Under the pieces are notes generated by a model. The model was given only the letters and a program-made list of their open reading frames with translations, made no database searches and was not told where the DNA came from. 64,000 bases of DNA. Origin: Glycera tridactyla. Lineage: Eukaryota. The stretch is from positions 37,324,001-37,388,000 of the forward strand of contig OZ286467.1 in assembly GCA_965644265.1 (NCBI GenBank). Reading direction: 5' to 3'. Of this stretch, positions 1-15,100 are shown one piece after another; position 1 is the first letter of the stretch; each line of letters opens with the position of its first letter. The position numbers and the translations under genes are program-made.

Positions 1-2828
1 GTTTAGAACTTCTAAATTTCTTCAAGGGTAAATCATAAAATGAAGCAGAATATTTTGACTATTATCAATGGATATTTGACATAACTGTCGATTTGATGGT
101 CATGTATCATTTTGTTCCATTGCTGAAGAACGATTTAGACACCACTTAAGTGTTGACTATTGTAGCATATTCATCAATGTTCTCAAGGTGAGCGTGAGTT
201 TAGCTTCAGTTCCACTTGCCAGCAGCGCGAGCATTTCTCTATTTACAGGAAAATACACATGAGTATATTACAGAGAAGCTAAGTTTACAATACATATTTA
301 CAATAAACACACCTCATTCCCATTCCACTTTCGATATCCAGAAACAATGCCTTAGTGCATGCTTCTGAATATTCAGCTTCTATCATTTGTGACAAATTAA
401 CATGGTTGGCAGGAGAACTTTCAAAATTACCTGAAACCAGCATATTTCTTTATTCTATTGACTGAATGCTGGAACCATCTAAAATAATATTTAATGATTG
501 GTTTTAGACTGGGATGGATATGAACAGAACAACTAATGATCTCTGTAAAATCGATTCTACTTGCAGGGAAACATCCTACATTATAGGATATTCAAGCATT
601 ATTATTCCATCAAAATGAACAATCATTCTTTCATGATTCATGCAACTGCAATAGGATAAAAGAGAAATAGTCTGGTGATATGTGACAAATTGACATGAAA
701 ATGATAAGAAATCACACTTCCTGCTCATCCTTGACAAAATTCCATGAAATACTCTTAATTGATCATCTATGCAGAGTTGCCAACCTTCGATGACCAAAAT
801 TGGTAATGATGCCAATTTTCAACAGTAATTCTGGCAGTGTTTGCAATTATCCAAAAATAAGAGGATCATGAAATTCTCTACATACTGTTATGAGTAAAAT
901 GTCGAAATTTTGGCTCAAATAGAGTAATCATTACTCCAAAATCATAATGATTGGCATCACTGTATGCCCTGTGTCTCATTTCACAGAAGTTTGGGGGCTA
1001 TCAGTTACCATGGTTCCCAAGTAATTGCTATTGAGAGTCCCTTATGCCACTTTGAATGCAGACATGAGTACAATAAATTTCAGAATTCCGAAAATTTAGG
1101 GAAAAATTGAAATTCAGAAATTGCAGTAATTCAGCTAGATACCAGTAGATACTTGTAGGAATATGTGGGGGTGGTATAAAAAGACCCAACTATAATTTCG
1201 AAAATTTAGCTTCAACTCATTGGCATCACTGTGAGTAGGACATGTCTTCGTCTACAGTGGAGAAGAAAAAAATGCAAGGATGGCAGTGTTAGATGCTGAG
1301 ACGAGTTACACCGAAAAGTCTATCAGATCCCAATGTGGAGGGTACGTTTCTCAGGCTAATGTCACAATTTACGCATCCAATCTTGTTTATAATGGCACAA
1401 CTGGATTAACTTGATTATTCAGCAATTTTGGAATCCTTTCCATTGATATTATGGGCTATGGACCATACACAACATCAAAATAATTGGTGTGCTGGAGCAA
1501 ATATGCCCAGGAAGTCACTGACGTACTGTTACACCAAAACCAACCAAAGATCATGAAGATGTTGCGAGTTTTGTCTCAATCAGAAGTCAATTGTCCACAG
1601 GATATATAAATGAATTATACCCATCACATTCGGATTTGAAAGGTGTTTCACCAGTTCATTCCTTCACCTCTGCCACATTTGATACTGGAATGTGTTTCAC
1701 ACTTCAATCACTTTTCGAATGAAGTTTTGGTGCAAATACTCTCTTCTCCGCAATTTGGAACCTATTTTCCCTATCTTGAAGGATTTCCGCGAAAATTCTG
1801 CTGTTTTTGGACTTTCTTTGGTCCAGGATACGAGAAATTTCGAAAAAATCGGGTTTGTGGCATCATCATTACACACAACATACTTGTATATATAGTTATG
1901 TTTGAGAGGTAAAGCCACAGACAGGTAGTTACTGATCATTATGTATATATTATAATATATATATACATTCCTCGGAACATGGGCATCATTCCCACCTTTC
2001 ATTCATCACACGAGACTGGCCAACCACACGCAACTGTCCTTTTTGCTTCATAATCTGGTTCCTCACATGAATATTGTTCCATACCAGCCTAGTGAAGAAA
2101 ATGGTACTGCAGATTGCAAAGAACATTTGACATAGTTTTGTTCTCAGACCTGAAACTTTTCTTGGTTGGAGTGCTTGGAAACAGATGGGCTTACACGATT
2201 TGGCCACCGCAAGCACAAATCTGATACACCAGTATATCTCATTCACACTTATGTTGGGACGTGTGCCAATCATCACCAATCTGCTGTACTTGTGAGGTGT
2301 GCTTCATACTAGAGGTAGCTGGCGATAAATCATCCAGGATGCATTCTCACATAACAGTCGTCTGTAGCATCCAAAGAATATCATGCATGTAATAGACATC
2401 ACCATCTTTATAATGACTGATTCAACTTCCCTTCAGACAATTAGTGGCTTCTTCTGTGACCAATGCAACTGCTTTCTTTGATTGATGCTAACGTGAATAA
2501 CCAATGCCAGATAGAGAAGCAGTAGCAAATGTCAAATTTGCACGGAAAATCTCGTCAACTTCAGCCGTGGTTCATTCCGAGCCGTCCCTGTCTATTCCTG
2601 CAGCACTGGATCCAGTCGTTGATCCTTCAGCTTCTGTTCAATCCACAGTTCATATGCACTGGAAGTCTCTTCTATTTCGGTGGGTTTAGGACAAAATAGC
2701 AGCAATGCACACAAACACTGATATATTCCACTGAACCTTGTGGTGCCAATCACGTCACTGCTGCCCGTCAAAACTCGCTATGTACAATTATTCTACATCG
2801 CTATTTACAATATGCAACATATCGGAGA

Positions 2829-3175
2829 CTATAAATAAACTTTCTTGACCTTCTGTGGTTGAACTTTGGTCTCTACTGAGCCATTGGGTAACTTGCTACT
2901 GGTCCCCCGCACAGGGTTGAACACCACATTCAATTGTTTTTCGGGAGGCTGAGTATAGTTCTCCGTTCGGTTGTGGATATTGAGGTTTTTTCCTTGCTCC
3001 AACTTGCGTGTAATGTATGGCAGTTGGCTGTCGTGCGTATGCCGATAGTTGCTCACCCAGTACCCAAGCAAGAAACCGATGGAAAGCGCGAGCACAATTG
3101 AGAGTACGATCGCGATCGCTAGTGTCTGCGGCGTGTAACCGAACATGGCTTGCGTCGAAGCACCAACCTCCATAT
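2829..3175 (-). CDS. Sema1a: Semaphorin terminal coding exon (TM helix plus ~73-aa cytoplasmic tail), 347 nt
   Basis: ctgttttcag|(D)MEVGAS...[24 protein letters not shown]...[12 protein letters not shown] (TAG at 2831-2829). Confidence 0.88.
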
Positions 3176-6100
3176 CTGAAAACAGATGAAAGGATGGAAT
3201 CCTTCATTAATGGGCAAACAATAAATTTCAAGCTCAACTCAAGAAATGCTATTTCCTGCAATATAGGTTGAACATGCCTGTATTCTTACCACATGACCTG
3301 CAACATTTAGTAGCTTGAGTTTGTGGCAATATCAACACATGAAAACGCATCAAAATTTTGGTTTGATATATCCATAATAAGTGTGCCCACAGGTTACTTA
3401 TCTGAAGATCATAAATTTGTTTTCTCTCCCCCCCCCCCCCACACACTTTTTTTTCAAAGGAATAGCCCAGGAAACAATATTGGCAGTTGTGATATGTTGT
3501 GATTGGCATAAATACAAACTTGCAAAAAAAAAATAGAATAATAAATAAGTTGGATGGGAGGGATTGTTAGTGGAAGCGAAAATGAGCAGAGAGTAAACAT
3601 GCAAAGTTGGGTATGTATCTGCTATCATAAAATACTATAAATTCTTCTTTCATCAGACATTTTTCTTTTTTCTTCAATTTTTTAATTTTTTCTATTTGGG
3701 CATGTTAGAATTGAATGGATGACTCAGAGATGCCAACCACAGTGATTTGGAGTAGCAACTACTCTTTTTAGCCAAAAATTCTTGCATTTCTTGGGTGATG
3801 CTGCTCTGCAAAATCACATTAAAATACTGGTGCGACTCTTTGATATTGGCGCTACTACAATTTCTGTCCTTCAAAGGTTTGCATCTATGGGATAACATAG
3901 CGGTAATCTTCCACCCCCATACAAAATTTGGAGGATCTGAGACCAACATGTTTTTTGTGTTCACAGATTGGACTGATCTCTGACAGCCAGATATGAGATA
4001 ACATTGGCCAAGGGTCTGTCTGTACTTAATCAAATTAGTGCAGAAGTAGGTTCTAAACAAGATTAAATCCGTCAAGGATCACTATGTCTAAATTCTTTTA
4101 TCCAGATGCAGATTTTGAAGGAGGTGCACCACTATGCCATGACCATCTGCTTTTCACAAGTTCATCCAGAGTTTTTTGCACTTCGAACTGCACATCAAAA
4201 TCTCCAAGCAATGAATACTCTGGCATATCAAATAAAAGCCCAGTTGCATCCAATATTCCAAACAATAGGAGTACAACTCCCAAGTCAATCTAAAGAAACT
4301 TATGAGTATCTGAAAGGTGAAAAAAAAGCAATGACTCCTCATGCTCAGTTAGACATTGTGATTTTTCGCTGAATATCATGGATTTCAACTTTTTATTAAT
4401 ATCATCATGGGCATCAGACAATCTCTTCCCACACTCATTATCAACGACTACGGCTCACTGTTGTGTTGAATGACCAGGAATTCCAACAGAGCTTCCACCC
4501 CTTCACAATGTCATTCGCTTCTAATTTCTAATGTGAAAAATTCAAGCAAATTCTGAATTTTCTGTGTTCAAGCAAATTCTGAATTTCCTGAGAAATCATA
4601 GCTCCTGTATTATTCACATGGATGTCATACTTGTCACAGCAGGCTCTGCAACAATATTGATAATATTATCAATAATGAAAGTGTGTTTATCCACAGAATA
4701 TGAACATTATAGTCAACTGAATGCCTAGGCAAATTCTCTCAGAAAGACAAAAATAGAGATATTTGGAATTATGCATTCTTTGTGAGAAATATTTCTATTA
4801 TCTATTTTTGAGCCAGCCTCCCAGAAGACTATGTGTATGAGATTCAAGACATCAAACTCATATCACGAATGTGATTGGTTTCAAATTGGCTTCAATTCAT
4901 TCAAATTATAGTTGGGGTGGGCCTGAGTGCATTCAGATTTCTAGGTTGGGAAGGATGGTAGGGTGTACAAGACAGAAAATCAGGGTTAGGATGTTGGTTG
5001 GCATGCATATGAAATATCCAATGTTCATTGGAACTGTTATTGAAATTCAGGCCGAGGGAAATCATAATACCCTTTCAATGTGATTTTGGTTAGAGGAGAA
5101 ATGATATGACATTTTGATGACATGTTTGAAATAAAGGGATAGCGCAGGGATATGATACATGAAGAAAATGAAGTGGTGCCACATGATAAGACCGTGTACA
5201 GGGTTGCATCCAGAGGGGTGTGGGGCATTCCACACATTTTGCGCCCTGTGGGCCCTGTTTCATGGCAATCAGGGGCCACAATGCCCTCTAAATCAACATA
5301 GAGGGAGTTGCACTTTTTGATGATGATTGTAGCCATTATGGAAAATTTTGTGAAGAAATGCCCTCAATTTTGCATATCCGGAATGCAACCTTGCTGTAAA
5401 TAATTTTGGAAAAGCAATATAATATTTCAAAAAAGTGCACTCTTTCAGGTGATTAATTGCAGGTGAAGTGAAGAACTGCAGAATTTATAATGGGTACTTC
5501 TCAGCAAAATGAAATGTGAAGATGAACAAAAAGAATGACAAGAATTGACCATGAAAACATTATTCACACCAAAAAAATCAGAAATGTCCACATCCTTCAG
5601 AAATGACATTTCAAAATCTGGGATTCTATCAAATGAGACAAAATACAAACAGGAGATTTCAGTGAGCATTAGGTGGCCAGTTTCAACTGACTCTATATGC
5701 TGAACCTAGAGAGTCTATTTTGGTTTTGAATTCATTCAAAACCAATTGATGCAAGAAGTGTTTACAGAAATAATGTACGTCTTGTTTCTTTTGTAACAGC
5801 TTTTTTCATGATTTGGAAGGGGAATGAGAAATAACAACATAATTTGTTTGAATGTGCGATAAAAAATATTGAATTCCATGAAATTACTGTAGTCTCGCGC
5901 GTGTACGCGCAGGTTCGGACAAACGCGCATCCCCCGTTTCGTCAAAATGTCGGAATACGCGCATGTCCTCGCGCATACGCACACCCTCGAAAAATCCCGG
6001 TTGAGATGTGTGAAACCCGAAAGAATGAACGAGAAATCGATTTTTTTTACTCATCATCTGACGTTGTCAACGAATCGCCATGTTGTATCCGTCTTCTCCG

Positions 6101-9100
6101 CGCATTGCATGATGGGAGATGTTGAAAAATATTAATCATGCGTACCCTGTTCCCACCAACCCCAACCTCATTCTCTATTTGAGCCATACAAATATACGAT
6201 CGCAGACGGTTCTGTCGGGACTAGGGTTCGCAGGCGCAAAGCATCATGGGAGGAATCAAGTTAATATTTACATCATCAAGAAAAATGGCGGCCGGGTGTT
6301 GGTAAGTGCTTCGTTCCACGTGATGGGGCGAAGAATAAAGCAAAAACAGAGAGTTTCGACAAGGTGCGCGTTTGCACGAAAATACTATACGCGCATCTTC
6401 GGACGTACGCGCATCCCCCGTTTCGTCAAAATGTCACGATTTCGCTCACTGCGCGTACACGCGCGAGACTACAGTATAAAGCAATTAGGAGTGGGGATCG
6501 ATTGCAAACATCACATAAAATTAACCTGAGAATATTATTGAGACACAAGCAAAAATGACGAAGGTTAGGTCCCAAAGCTTCATGGTAGACATTGTGAAGA
6601 GGAAAGAATGACATCATATATCAAGTGATATTTTTCATGATACACTATGACGTCATCACCAAGGTGATTATTGAGAGTCATCATAAGCTTCATTGTATAT
6701 GGCGTCATTTTCAAATGATTATGAACTAGGAAAATGATCAGGGATGAAGCTTGATTTCTCTCTGTACACAATGAACTCAATAAAAATCCATCCAGAAAAC
6801 TGCTGAAATTCAGGAAATCAATTTCAAACAGTTTTGTCCATCAGAAAAATTTTGAATCAAGCACTCAATACTTCAAATTTGAGCTCACAATAAACTGTGA
6901 ATATGATGATGGAGTGATGCCAATGATATAGAGCAAAAGTGTCGTATGATTACGTTTTCTGAAAAATACAACTACATATTCTCATAAGAATCTCTTTTGA
7001 ATCTTCCAGCTTGATGGAAGGAAATGTCAATTTCAATTTGTCATGCACATTTCGGTTTTCCAAAAGGTTTTCGGATAATTGGCACTACTGATGATGACAG
7101 AAGCAGGATACAGAATTAAAATTCATAAAATATATCCTGAATCTCAAAAATGTCATCAACGTATGAGAGGAAAATCGATAGTTTCATCCCTAGAGCAGAT
7201 CACTAAGGTTAAGGGATCACACTTCTGGCTTCATGAGGTGCTCTGAGCTCTGAAGCCGCTACTTGGGTCACACCGAGAACACAACACTGAGCCTTACCCG
7301 CTGTCTGACGATTTGGGCTCTCGGGAATTGGTGGAATGTCATTATCATCAAGCAGGTGAATATTTTCATTATAGTCGTCGACATCATTACTGAGGGAGAA
7401 CGTGATACGATTCATTTCTGTTAGAAAGACAAGAAGCAAAAGAAACAAGAGATGAGTAGACTGCCTTACTTTAAGAGTCAGTCACAAGAGTCAAAAACAA
7501 ATATCAGAGAATGAAAACAATACAGAGAAACTAGACACATGCTACTAACTAAAAATTCATTTACAAACTTAGAGGCAATACATCTAATTCTTCATAAAAC
7601 ATGCATCTATATAAACTTCATGTCTAGGTAGGAGCTATTTTAACAGCCATGCAGTACTACTGATCAACCAATTTCCTAAGATTTTGAACACAGTGATGTC
7701 AATGAGGTGATGCAGAAATTTTAAAAATATTGAATAAGAAAGATTTCTAATTTTCTATTCTTCATTGAATGAGGAAGAAGATGAAGATATGAACAGGAGG
7801 AGATCAATCCAAGGGCTGAGTCAAACAGAACGGCAGTATCTCTCATTATAGCAAATTTGATAATTCCATTCATGATTCATAATGCACCTCAAGTTGTAAC
7901 TACAGTCAAACTTGTCCCAAGCATGAAGCCAAGAGAACTGGAAAATAGTGTGCCTAAGACAAGTGATACAGGTCATTTATAGTGAGAAATACTCTGGCAG
8001 GATGGACAGAAACCTGCTGCTCAGGGCAAGGTCTTACTAGGACAAGATTGACTGAGTACAATACCTTCAATGGCATAGCATCTCATCCGACTGTTATTGT
8101 GAATAATCTCCAAATGTACTTGAATATGATACCTCAAATTTGCATCAGACATTCATAAGTAAGGAGCACTCTATGAAGGTTTATCTCATATTCAAAATTG
8201 GAGATCCCAGAGCTTAGTTTAAGAATGCACAAAAAGTCTTAAGTTCAGAATAGACAAAGTACATCAGCATTTTGTATAAAACCAGTGGTTGATAGCATTT
8301 ATCATTCAGCTCTCTTAAGTTAATATTAACTCAACCTGGGGTGGAATTCTTGTAATATCACAAAGGACAAGGAGAGGATAACAACAAGAGGAATTGCTTC
8401 TGAAAGGAACAATCGACGAGGATGGTCTAACCAGCTGAAATGAGAAATCTCAAGTGTTAGTGTCGGGAAGAAGCAAATGAACTGCAATGTATTAAGAGCA
8501 ACATGAACCCGAATCCATGAAGGATGGTGCCTTTCTCATTATGAAATATTCATATGGAGGTCCACTGGACAAACTGCCAGGCAGAGAATTCTAGCTCTGA
8601 CATAGCAGATGCAATCTCTCTACTCTCAACTTCATGCACCTGGTCATGCCTGTTACACTTTGCCCATCTCGCATGCGAGTGGCAAGAAGGATGTTTGGTG
8701 TAAAATAAATAGCAGCATTTGACAAGGCATTGAGCAATCACCGCCATCAAGATCCTGATCATATCATATTTCTATGAAAGTTTTGGCAGTTTTTTCAGCG
8801 TTACGAGCAGGCAGTCAATGTGGGGGAGGTGCAGAGAGTGATGTCACAGCCTCATGCCATATTGGTGCTCCCCAAGGGGTTTCAGTTTGCTAAATGAAAT
8901 CTCTATCTTTTATTCACACCAATGTCCTGGATTTGTGATAAATTTCACTGTAAACAGTGCTGTTTTGGCAGCGTCCTAAGATTTCATAGTTCATGAGATC
9001 AGTAGTAAATCCTTCAGTGGATTTGGGGTTCAATCTCAGTTTCAGTAGCGGACTGCTGAGGCAAGGATAATAACCAACCAAGCTGTTACGGCACAAGAGG

Positions 9101-12100
9101 GAGGGATGGCAAAAATCTGCTTCCCCGAAACAACATTCAGGATAATAATATAGATGAGTATGCGGTCTGACCATTGAACTAGATGGGGCCATGAAAAGAC
9201 AGAAATTATATTTACGCTGACACATATGCAAATACACGTAAACATGCATGCACATAGACACCCACGCACACAAACAGATTCCTCCCCACATATCTGACTG
9301 ACAAAGGCTCAAAACTCAAGCAAAGCCACAAAAACCTCACACGACTTTTGAAGCTGAATAAGGGCAGAAAAAGACAAAAATCAATCACATATTCAATCAC
9401 ACACACACACATACAGAAAACTTTAACAACTTGACTCCCAGCATTGCCCACGAAAGATACGTTTTGAATTATGCAATAGAAATAAGTATGGGACACCCTG
9501 ATGTACATCCAAAGTTGTACCAGTAGAATTGGAAGAGCTCTATCATGAAAATCTTACTAATATTGAATGGTAAGGGTGGGATCTTATTCAAAAGAAATGT
9601 TAATACTTCTATGTCTAACTGATCAAATATATCAAGATCATATCAGAAATATGATCACTAAATACAGTTCATCTCCACCAGAACCAAACCCAAAATATGT
9701 GTACTCAGTCAAAAAAGTGAAAAAAAGACTAGAAAGACACCCCAAGTGGATGAAGCATGCATCACATGAAAGTAATGAAGTTCTGAAAACATTTTCTACC
9801 CCCATGATCATTGACTACACACAAACTACTCATCCATATACCAACTATTATGCCCAGTTCAAAGCTATGAGGAGAAAATCAAGTTATATCTAACTACCAA
9901 ACAAAAGCAGGTCTCACTACTATTTTGTAACAAACACACAAACACACAGCTACACCAACACATGTCTGCATGCATGCACTCCCATTCATGATCAAATGCA
10001 AACACAAACAAATATGGACATGAANNNNNNNNNNNNNNNNNNNNNNNNNNNNNNNNNNNNNNNNNNNNNNNNNNNNNNNNNNNNNNNNNNNNNNNNNNNN
10101 NNNNNNNNNNNNNNNNNNNNNNNNNNNNNNNNNNNNNNNNNNNNNNNNNNNNNNNNNNNNNNNNNNNNNNNNNNNNNNNNNNNNNNNNNNNNNNNNNNNN
10201 NNNNNNNNNNNNNACCACTACCCATGGTGCTGCAGATCAGGAAGACACAAGCAAAGCATCGGAGATGGGTGCACACGTTGGCATACAGATATGAATGAAA
10301 ATTATTAGAAAACTCAATATTAGTCCGCATCCGAGGAGAAGGCCCACTGAACCAATCCATTAACAATAAATACACACCCTGGAATAATGTGGAAATCAAA
10401 TTTGAAAAGTACATCCGCACATTCTCTTCTCGGATGGTGAAAGGTATATGCATCCATGCAGCAAGAGAATAAATAGCAGCTTTGAGTTTCTTAACTGGTG
10501 ACTCAAGATCAATGATCAGAATTATATGAGCTCAGTTTCACAGGTGAGGCCAGTTTTGAACATCTTAACTACTGAGAAAATGGATTCATGTCACAGGGTT
10601 GGATCCAAAGAGAGCAAAGGAGCATTTCATACATTTTGTTGGGCATGTCCGATCTCCTCAAACTTTGGGGTGAATAATGTTAATTCTGAAAATTCTGGAT
10701 GCAACCCTAATAGTCTTATTCAAAGGTCAACATGACAAGGAGTTGATGCTGGTCATACTTATATAGAAAAGCCAGTTACAGCTGAGGATAATTAGCGAAA
10801 AAGAGAAGGGTATATCATTCTAAGGTGTGTATACTGATTATTCCTAGTATAATCTGTGTGAGAGAGAGATGGAGTTAGAGTTGAGTAGTGGCAAGTTGTG
10901 GTGCGGCAGCAACAGCGGCATCACTCGGGGAGACCTCCATCTGGAGGACCGCTTGAAAACTAACCCGTCGTTGATGGCTGTCCTGCTAAAACCCCAATGG
11001 TATTTGACGGTGGACAGCTGCATGGTGCTGGTGGCTGTTCTGTAGGCTCTGGAAACGTTGGTTGTAACTCTACATAGAGAAAATTAAAATTGTACGTATG
11101 AGATGAAATGCAGACACAGAAGCGAGTCTGACAGAACCGTTTGCCTGCTATAAAACTGGCAGCTGCACTGAATATAATTTAGAAACTTGACAGAATCACA
11201 AACATTGAGAGAAAGAAGTCACAAGACAGAACAAAGATGGCATTATCAGTCATCCCTGTCCCATGATAACTAAAGTGAAACCTGCGACGAAAGACCCCTG
11301 ATGAGAGACCAAATCAGAGACCGCTTCTGCAGGGCAGCCTCCCGAGTTGATGTATTCAAATATACCTCTGATGAGAGACCAATTTTTGGTGACATTCAGG
11401 ATGGTCTCTCTTTGCAGGTTTCACTGTAATCTATATGATATGAGAGTAATGGGAAATTATCTATGCAGAGAACTGAAGATGAGACGGTGAAGGTCAAATG
11501 AATGGAAATCTATTACACTGAAAACATATCTGTAACGATGAGAGAATATAAATACTAGGTAGCTACAATGTCAATATATCAAATGAAATAGGGAATACTA
11601 AGTGATAAATTAAATGTGATTGAATATTTATACAGGGAAGAGTGTGCAGAGAAAAAATCTATGATCTGTCTACAATCACAGATCAGGCTTAGTCTACCAA
11701 GTCCACTCATATCATAAAGAACATGATCTCATGTGATATTGCAGAGGAAGCACCAACACATAATGACATTTATATTGAACAGACTTTAATGAAATGAATA
11801 ATTAACAAATGAAGTAGTTTTTGCAATCTATACAAGTACACACCTTCAGATAAATCATGGCCTTCCTCGAATAGGCAGTTGTATTCATTGCCTGTTGCAA
11901 TATTCTGGATGCTGAAAGAAAGAGAAAACATACATTAAGAAAATTTGGTCGCAATGTTTACCAAGATACACATATGCTTGAAAGTCATACCTGGAAAGGC
12001 ATGAATGTGCAAGCATGGCCCCCCTCGCTGTTTTGCATAGCTGTTCAAGTTCAGTTTCACTGACATGATGCTGAACTTCCAAAACCATTTTGTTATTGTG

Positions 12101-15100
12101 AAATGGTAAATACATTCATAACTTTCCAAACTTGAGTTGAATTTGTATTTCATTTCTGAAATACAAGTGGATAAGTGGACTTGTGCACCACAGAGATGAT
12201 ATGAAGGTGACATCATCTGATAATAATAATAGCTTCAAGACCAGACACAAAACACATTTGTTCAATATCGCTTTTCCACTAACTTGATTCTATGTCTTGC
12301 TTTTCAGATACATATTCATGTAAAGAGCCCTTGATTATTCATGCTGACATGAATGAATAAAGTGGGACCTGTGCACAAAAATCTTGAGGTCTCTCATCAC
12401 AGATTTTTTAGTCTTTTGTATGCCCGCTGTATGACCTTGAATGAAAGGGCATACAGCGGTAAAATACAATGTACCAATTTCCATGACACAGTTTGCCCAT
12501 GGCACAAAGTATTCATACGGACTGTACACTGTAACTTAGGTGTCATGTACCACATTCTATATCAATGTAGTTGCATATCTTGAGAAAAAGTAGAGAGGGG
12601 GAATGATGGGGCAATATAAAACACAGCCCAGCGATGGTGCTGATACTAACCCTGTATTAGATGCCACACAACTACCACCTGTCCATGAACAGTATGGATC
12701 TCGCAGAGCTACACATCCACTACACGTTGTTCGCAAGTGACATCGATGAAGTGAGACCGATTTAATTTCATCTCTTGATACAACAACGAGTTTTTCCACA
12801 AATTCGTTATTGTGAGTTTTACGGTAGATGTACAGATTGACGACCGGTTGCTTGTTTTCGAACACCTGCATGTCCTCGATTATCGTGGTGTCCACATCAC
12901 TGTCTGCACCTGTATTAATCGCCTTCACAACACGCCCATCACCTACAAAAAACAGTAAGAATGTTAACTCATGAAACTGCTGTTTGCATATCCTGTGTGG
13001 TGGATTGGCACTTTTGAAGAAACAAGTCATTTTGTGGTATTTGTGTTTTATCATTGCCATGTATGACTACACTTCCTGGTGGATACAAACTGTCGGATAA
13101 ACAGTTCTGTAGTTCGTCTTCAAACTGGACACATTAAGTCCAGGACATAACATCATAATCTTACTCTATTAAATAGATGATCATAAAAGCAGAACATGAT
13201 GAGGAATTCTATGTTGATATCGGAGAATGGACGAATTATTCATTTCTGCATTGATGTTTTTTTTGGGAAAAGTTGGGTATGGCAGCTAAATTTTTACAAA
13301 TATTTCTGCCTTTTCACATGCGTTAGAACCAGGAATACACCAATGATTCATGAATAAATGGATATATATGATGGGGAAAGGAATCGGCAACATACTTGTT
13401 CCTAGGAAGAGGATGTCGTAGAACTTCTGGTCGGAGGCCAGCACCTGCCAGTCCACGGTAATCTGCGTAAACTGGAACGAGAAACTGGCCTGCACCAGTA
13501 GAGGGCGCCCACCATACGCCGGCACAGCCTGATCCATCAACGGATGCGATTTGATGAAGTTGAGTGTCTGGTCGGAGATGTATTTCGACTCATTCGTACA
13601 TTTGGCAGGATGAGGTACTGGCGTCTCCATCTCGTTCACTGGCAACCAGCTGGAATGTGCCGTGGCCTGCTCTTTGAAAGGTCCGTCAAAACTTCCTTCG
13701 ATGTCGGAGAAACGGAATGCACATACTGCTGACCCAGATATGCTATTCCTGGTGAAAAGGAAGAGAAACACAAACACTGTGAATACCAAATAATCGATGA
13801 TGCTGATGCTAATTGTAAATGTTCTACTGTGAGTAGAAAAGATGGGAAACACCTAGACCGAACCTGAAAATGCATAATGCGGGAGTCCTATTAAATGCAG
13901 GAGATTGGTGCAAATACATGATGGTGAGGACTTCTGAAAGTTTTGTAACGCCTTGATCCGAAAATGTATACATATAATCAAGCATTCCACAAAGAACTCT
14001 AGATATGCCAAGAGTAACAATTAAAATTTAAGAGTATTTTTGATGAACCATTGAGAAATTTTAAGTTTCTTAGACCAATGCAAAGCATAATATGCTTAGA
14101 ATTTGGCAACATGTTCATGATGAATGGCATTTCGGGAACTCTGATTTTTCTTCTCAATACTTACACTGGTGTGGTGAAAACACCATAGATCATCTTGGTT
14201 CGATTCTGTCGGTCATGGGTTGGCATGTAATTGCCTGCATCAAGAACTGATGTCGACTCTAGAAACAGAAAGTTTTTTCATCTCATTACTAGGTGAATAA
14301 AATACATCAAATCGAAATAAGATTACTATACTTATGCCTCCACACAAATATATTAATTAGGACCTGCCAGCTATTGTGCAGAGCTACAATAGATTCACTG
14401 CTCTAGTAGATACAATAGACTTACTAAACATGGACTAAACATAACTGAACTTTATTGATGCCATCATTGATGCCAACATCTGAATTATATTTAATGTCCA
14501 GAAATTCAATGGCAATTGAATGTAGATAACTGCCGATGTAGAATCAATACCACATTCATAAAAACTAAAATCAACCAAGAATTCTGATCCCATAGTTGAA
14601 GTTTTTTAATTGTAAGGGATATTAAGGGATATTCAATGCAAAGTACTTTAAGTAATACATGTATGTATCATGGGCCACAGTGATGACTTCAAATGCCAAG
14701 TTCTAGCCAGAAGCACAGTCAATCACTGGCCTGATTTATCAGATCCACTTGAGATATTAATATAATCTGTCAGCCAAATGGGGAGAGGTTCTGCCACTAT
14801 ATCCATCAGGACATTCATATAAGATTATACACAGGACGGGGACACTTATCAGTCAATAAGGCTCAATGTATTAGCATATGGCCTACTCCCACCTTGTGTT
14901 GAACTAACACACTACTGATACTCCAATCTGCCACTAGGTGGCTAGCAACACCATGGCAACATGAGGTAAATGTGGATATCAACTCACGGATCTCATCGAA
15001 GTAGAATGGGAATTCTCCAGGCACTGAACAGTTTAGCCTTGCTTTGAAGAAAGATGTCCATGTATTGCGAAGAGCACGTTCACCACCTTGGTCTTCTTTA

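Noticed and set aside
449-454. Minus-strand AATAAA as the semaphorin poly(A) signal
   Set aside because: The hexamer is expected by chance in AT-rich DNA and cannot be assigned without 3'-end data
2504-2780. Protein-like short frames just downstream of the semaphorin stop (plus ORF 2504-2689; minus frame PTEIEETSSAYELW...)
   Set aside because: No recognisable domain, no ATG or compatible phase-1 acceptor for the minus frame; most simply 3' UTR
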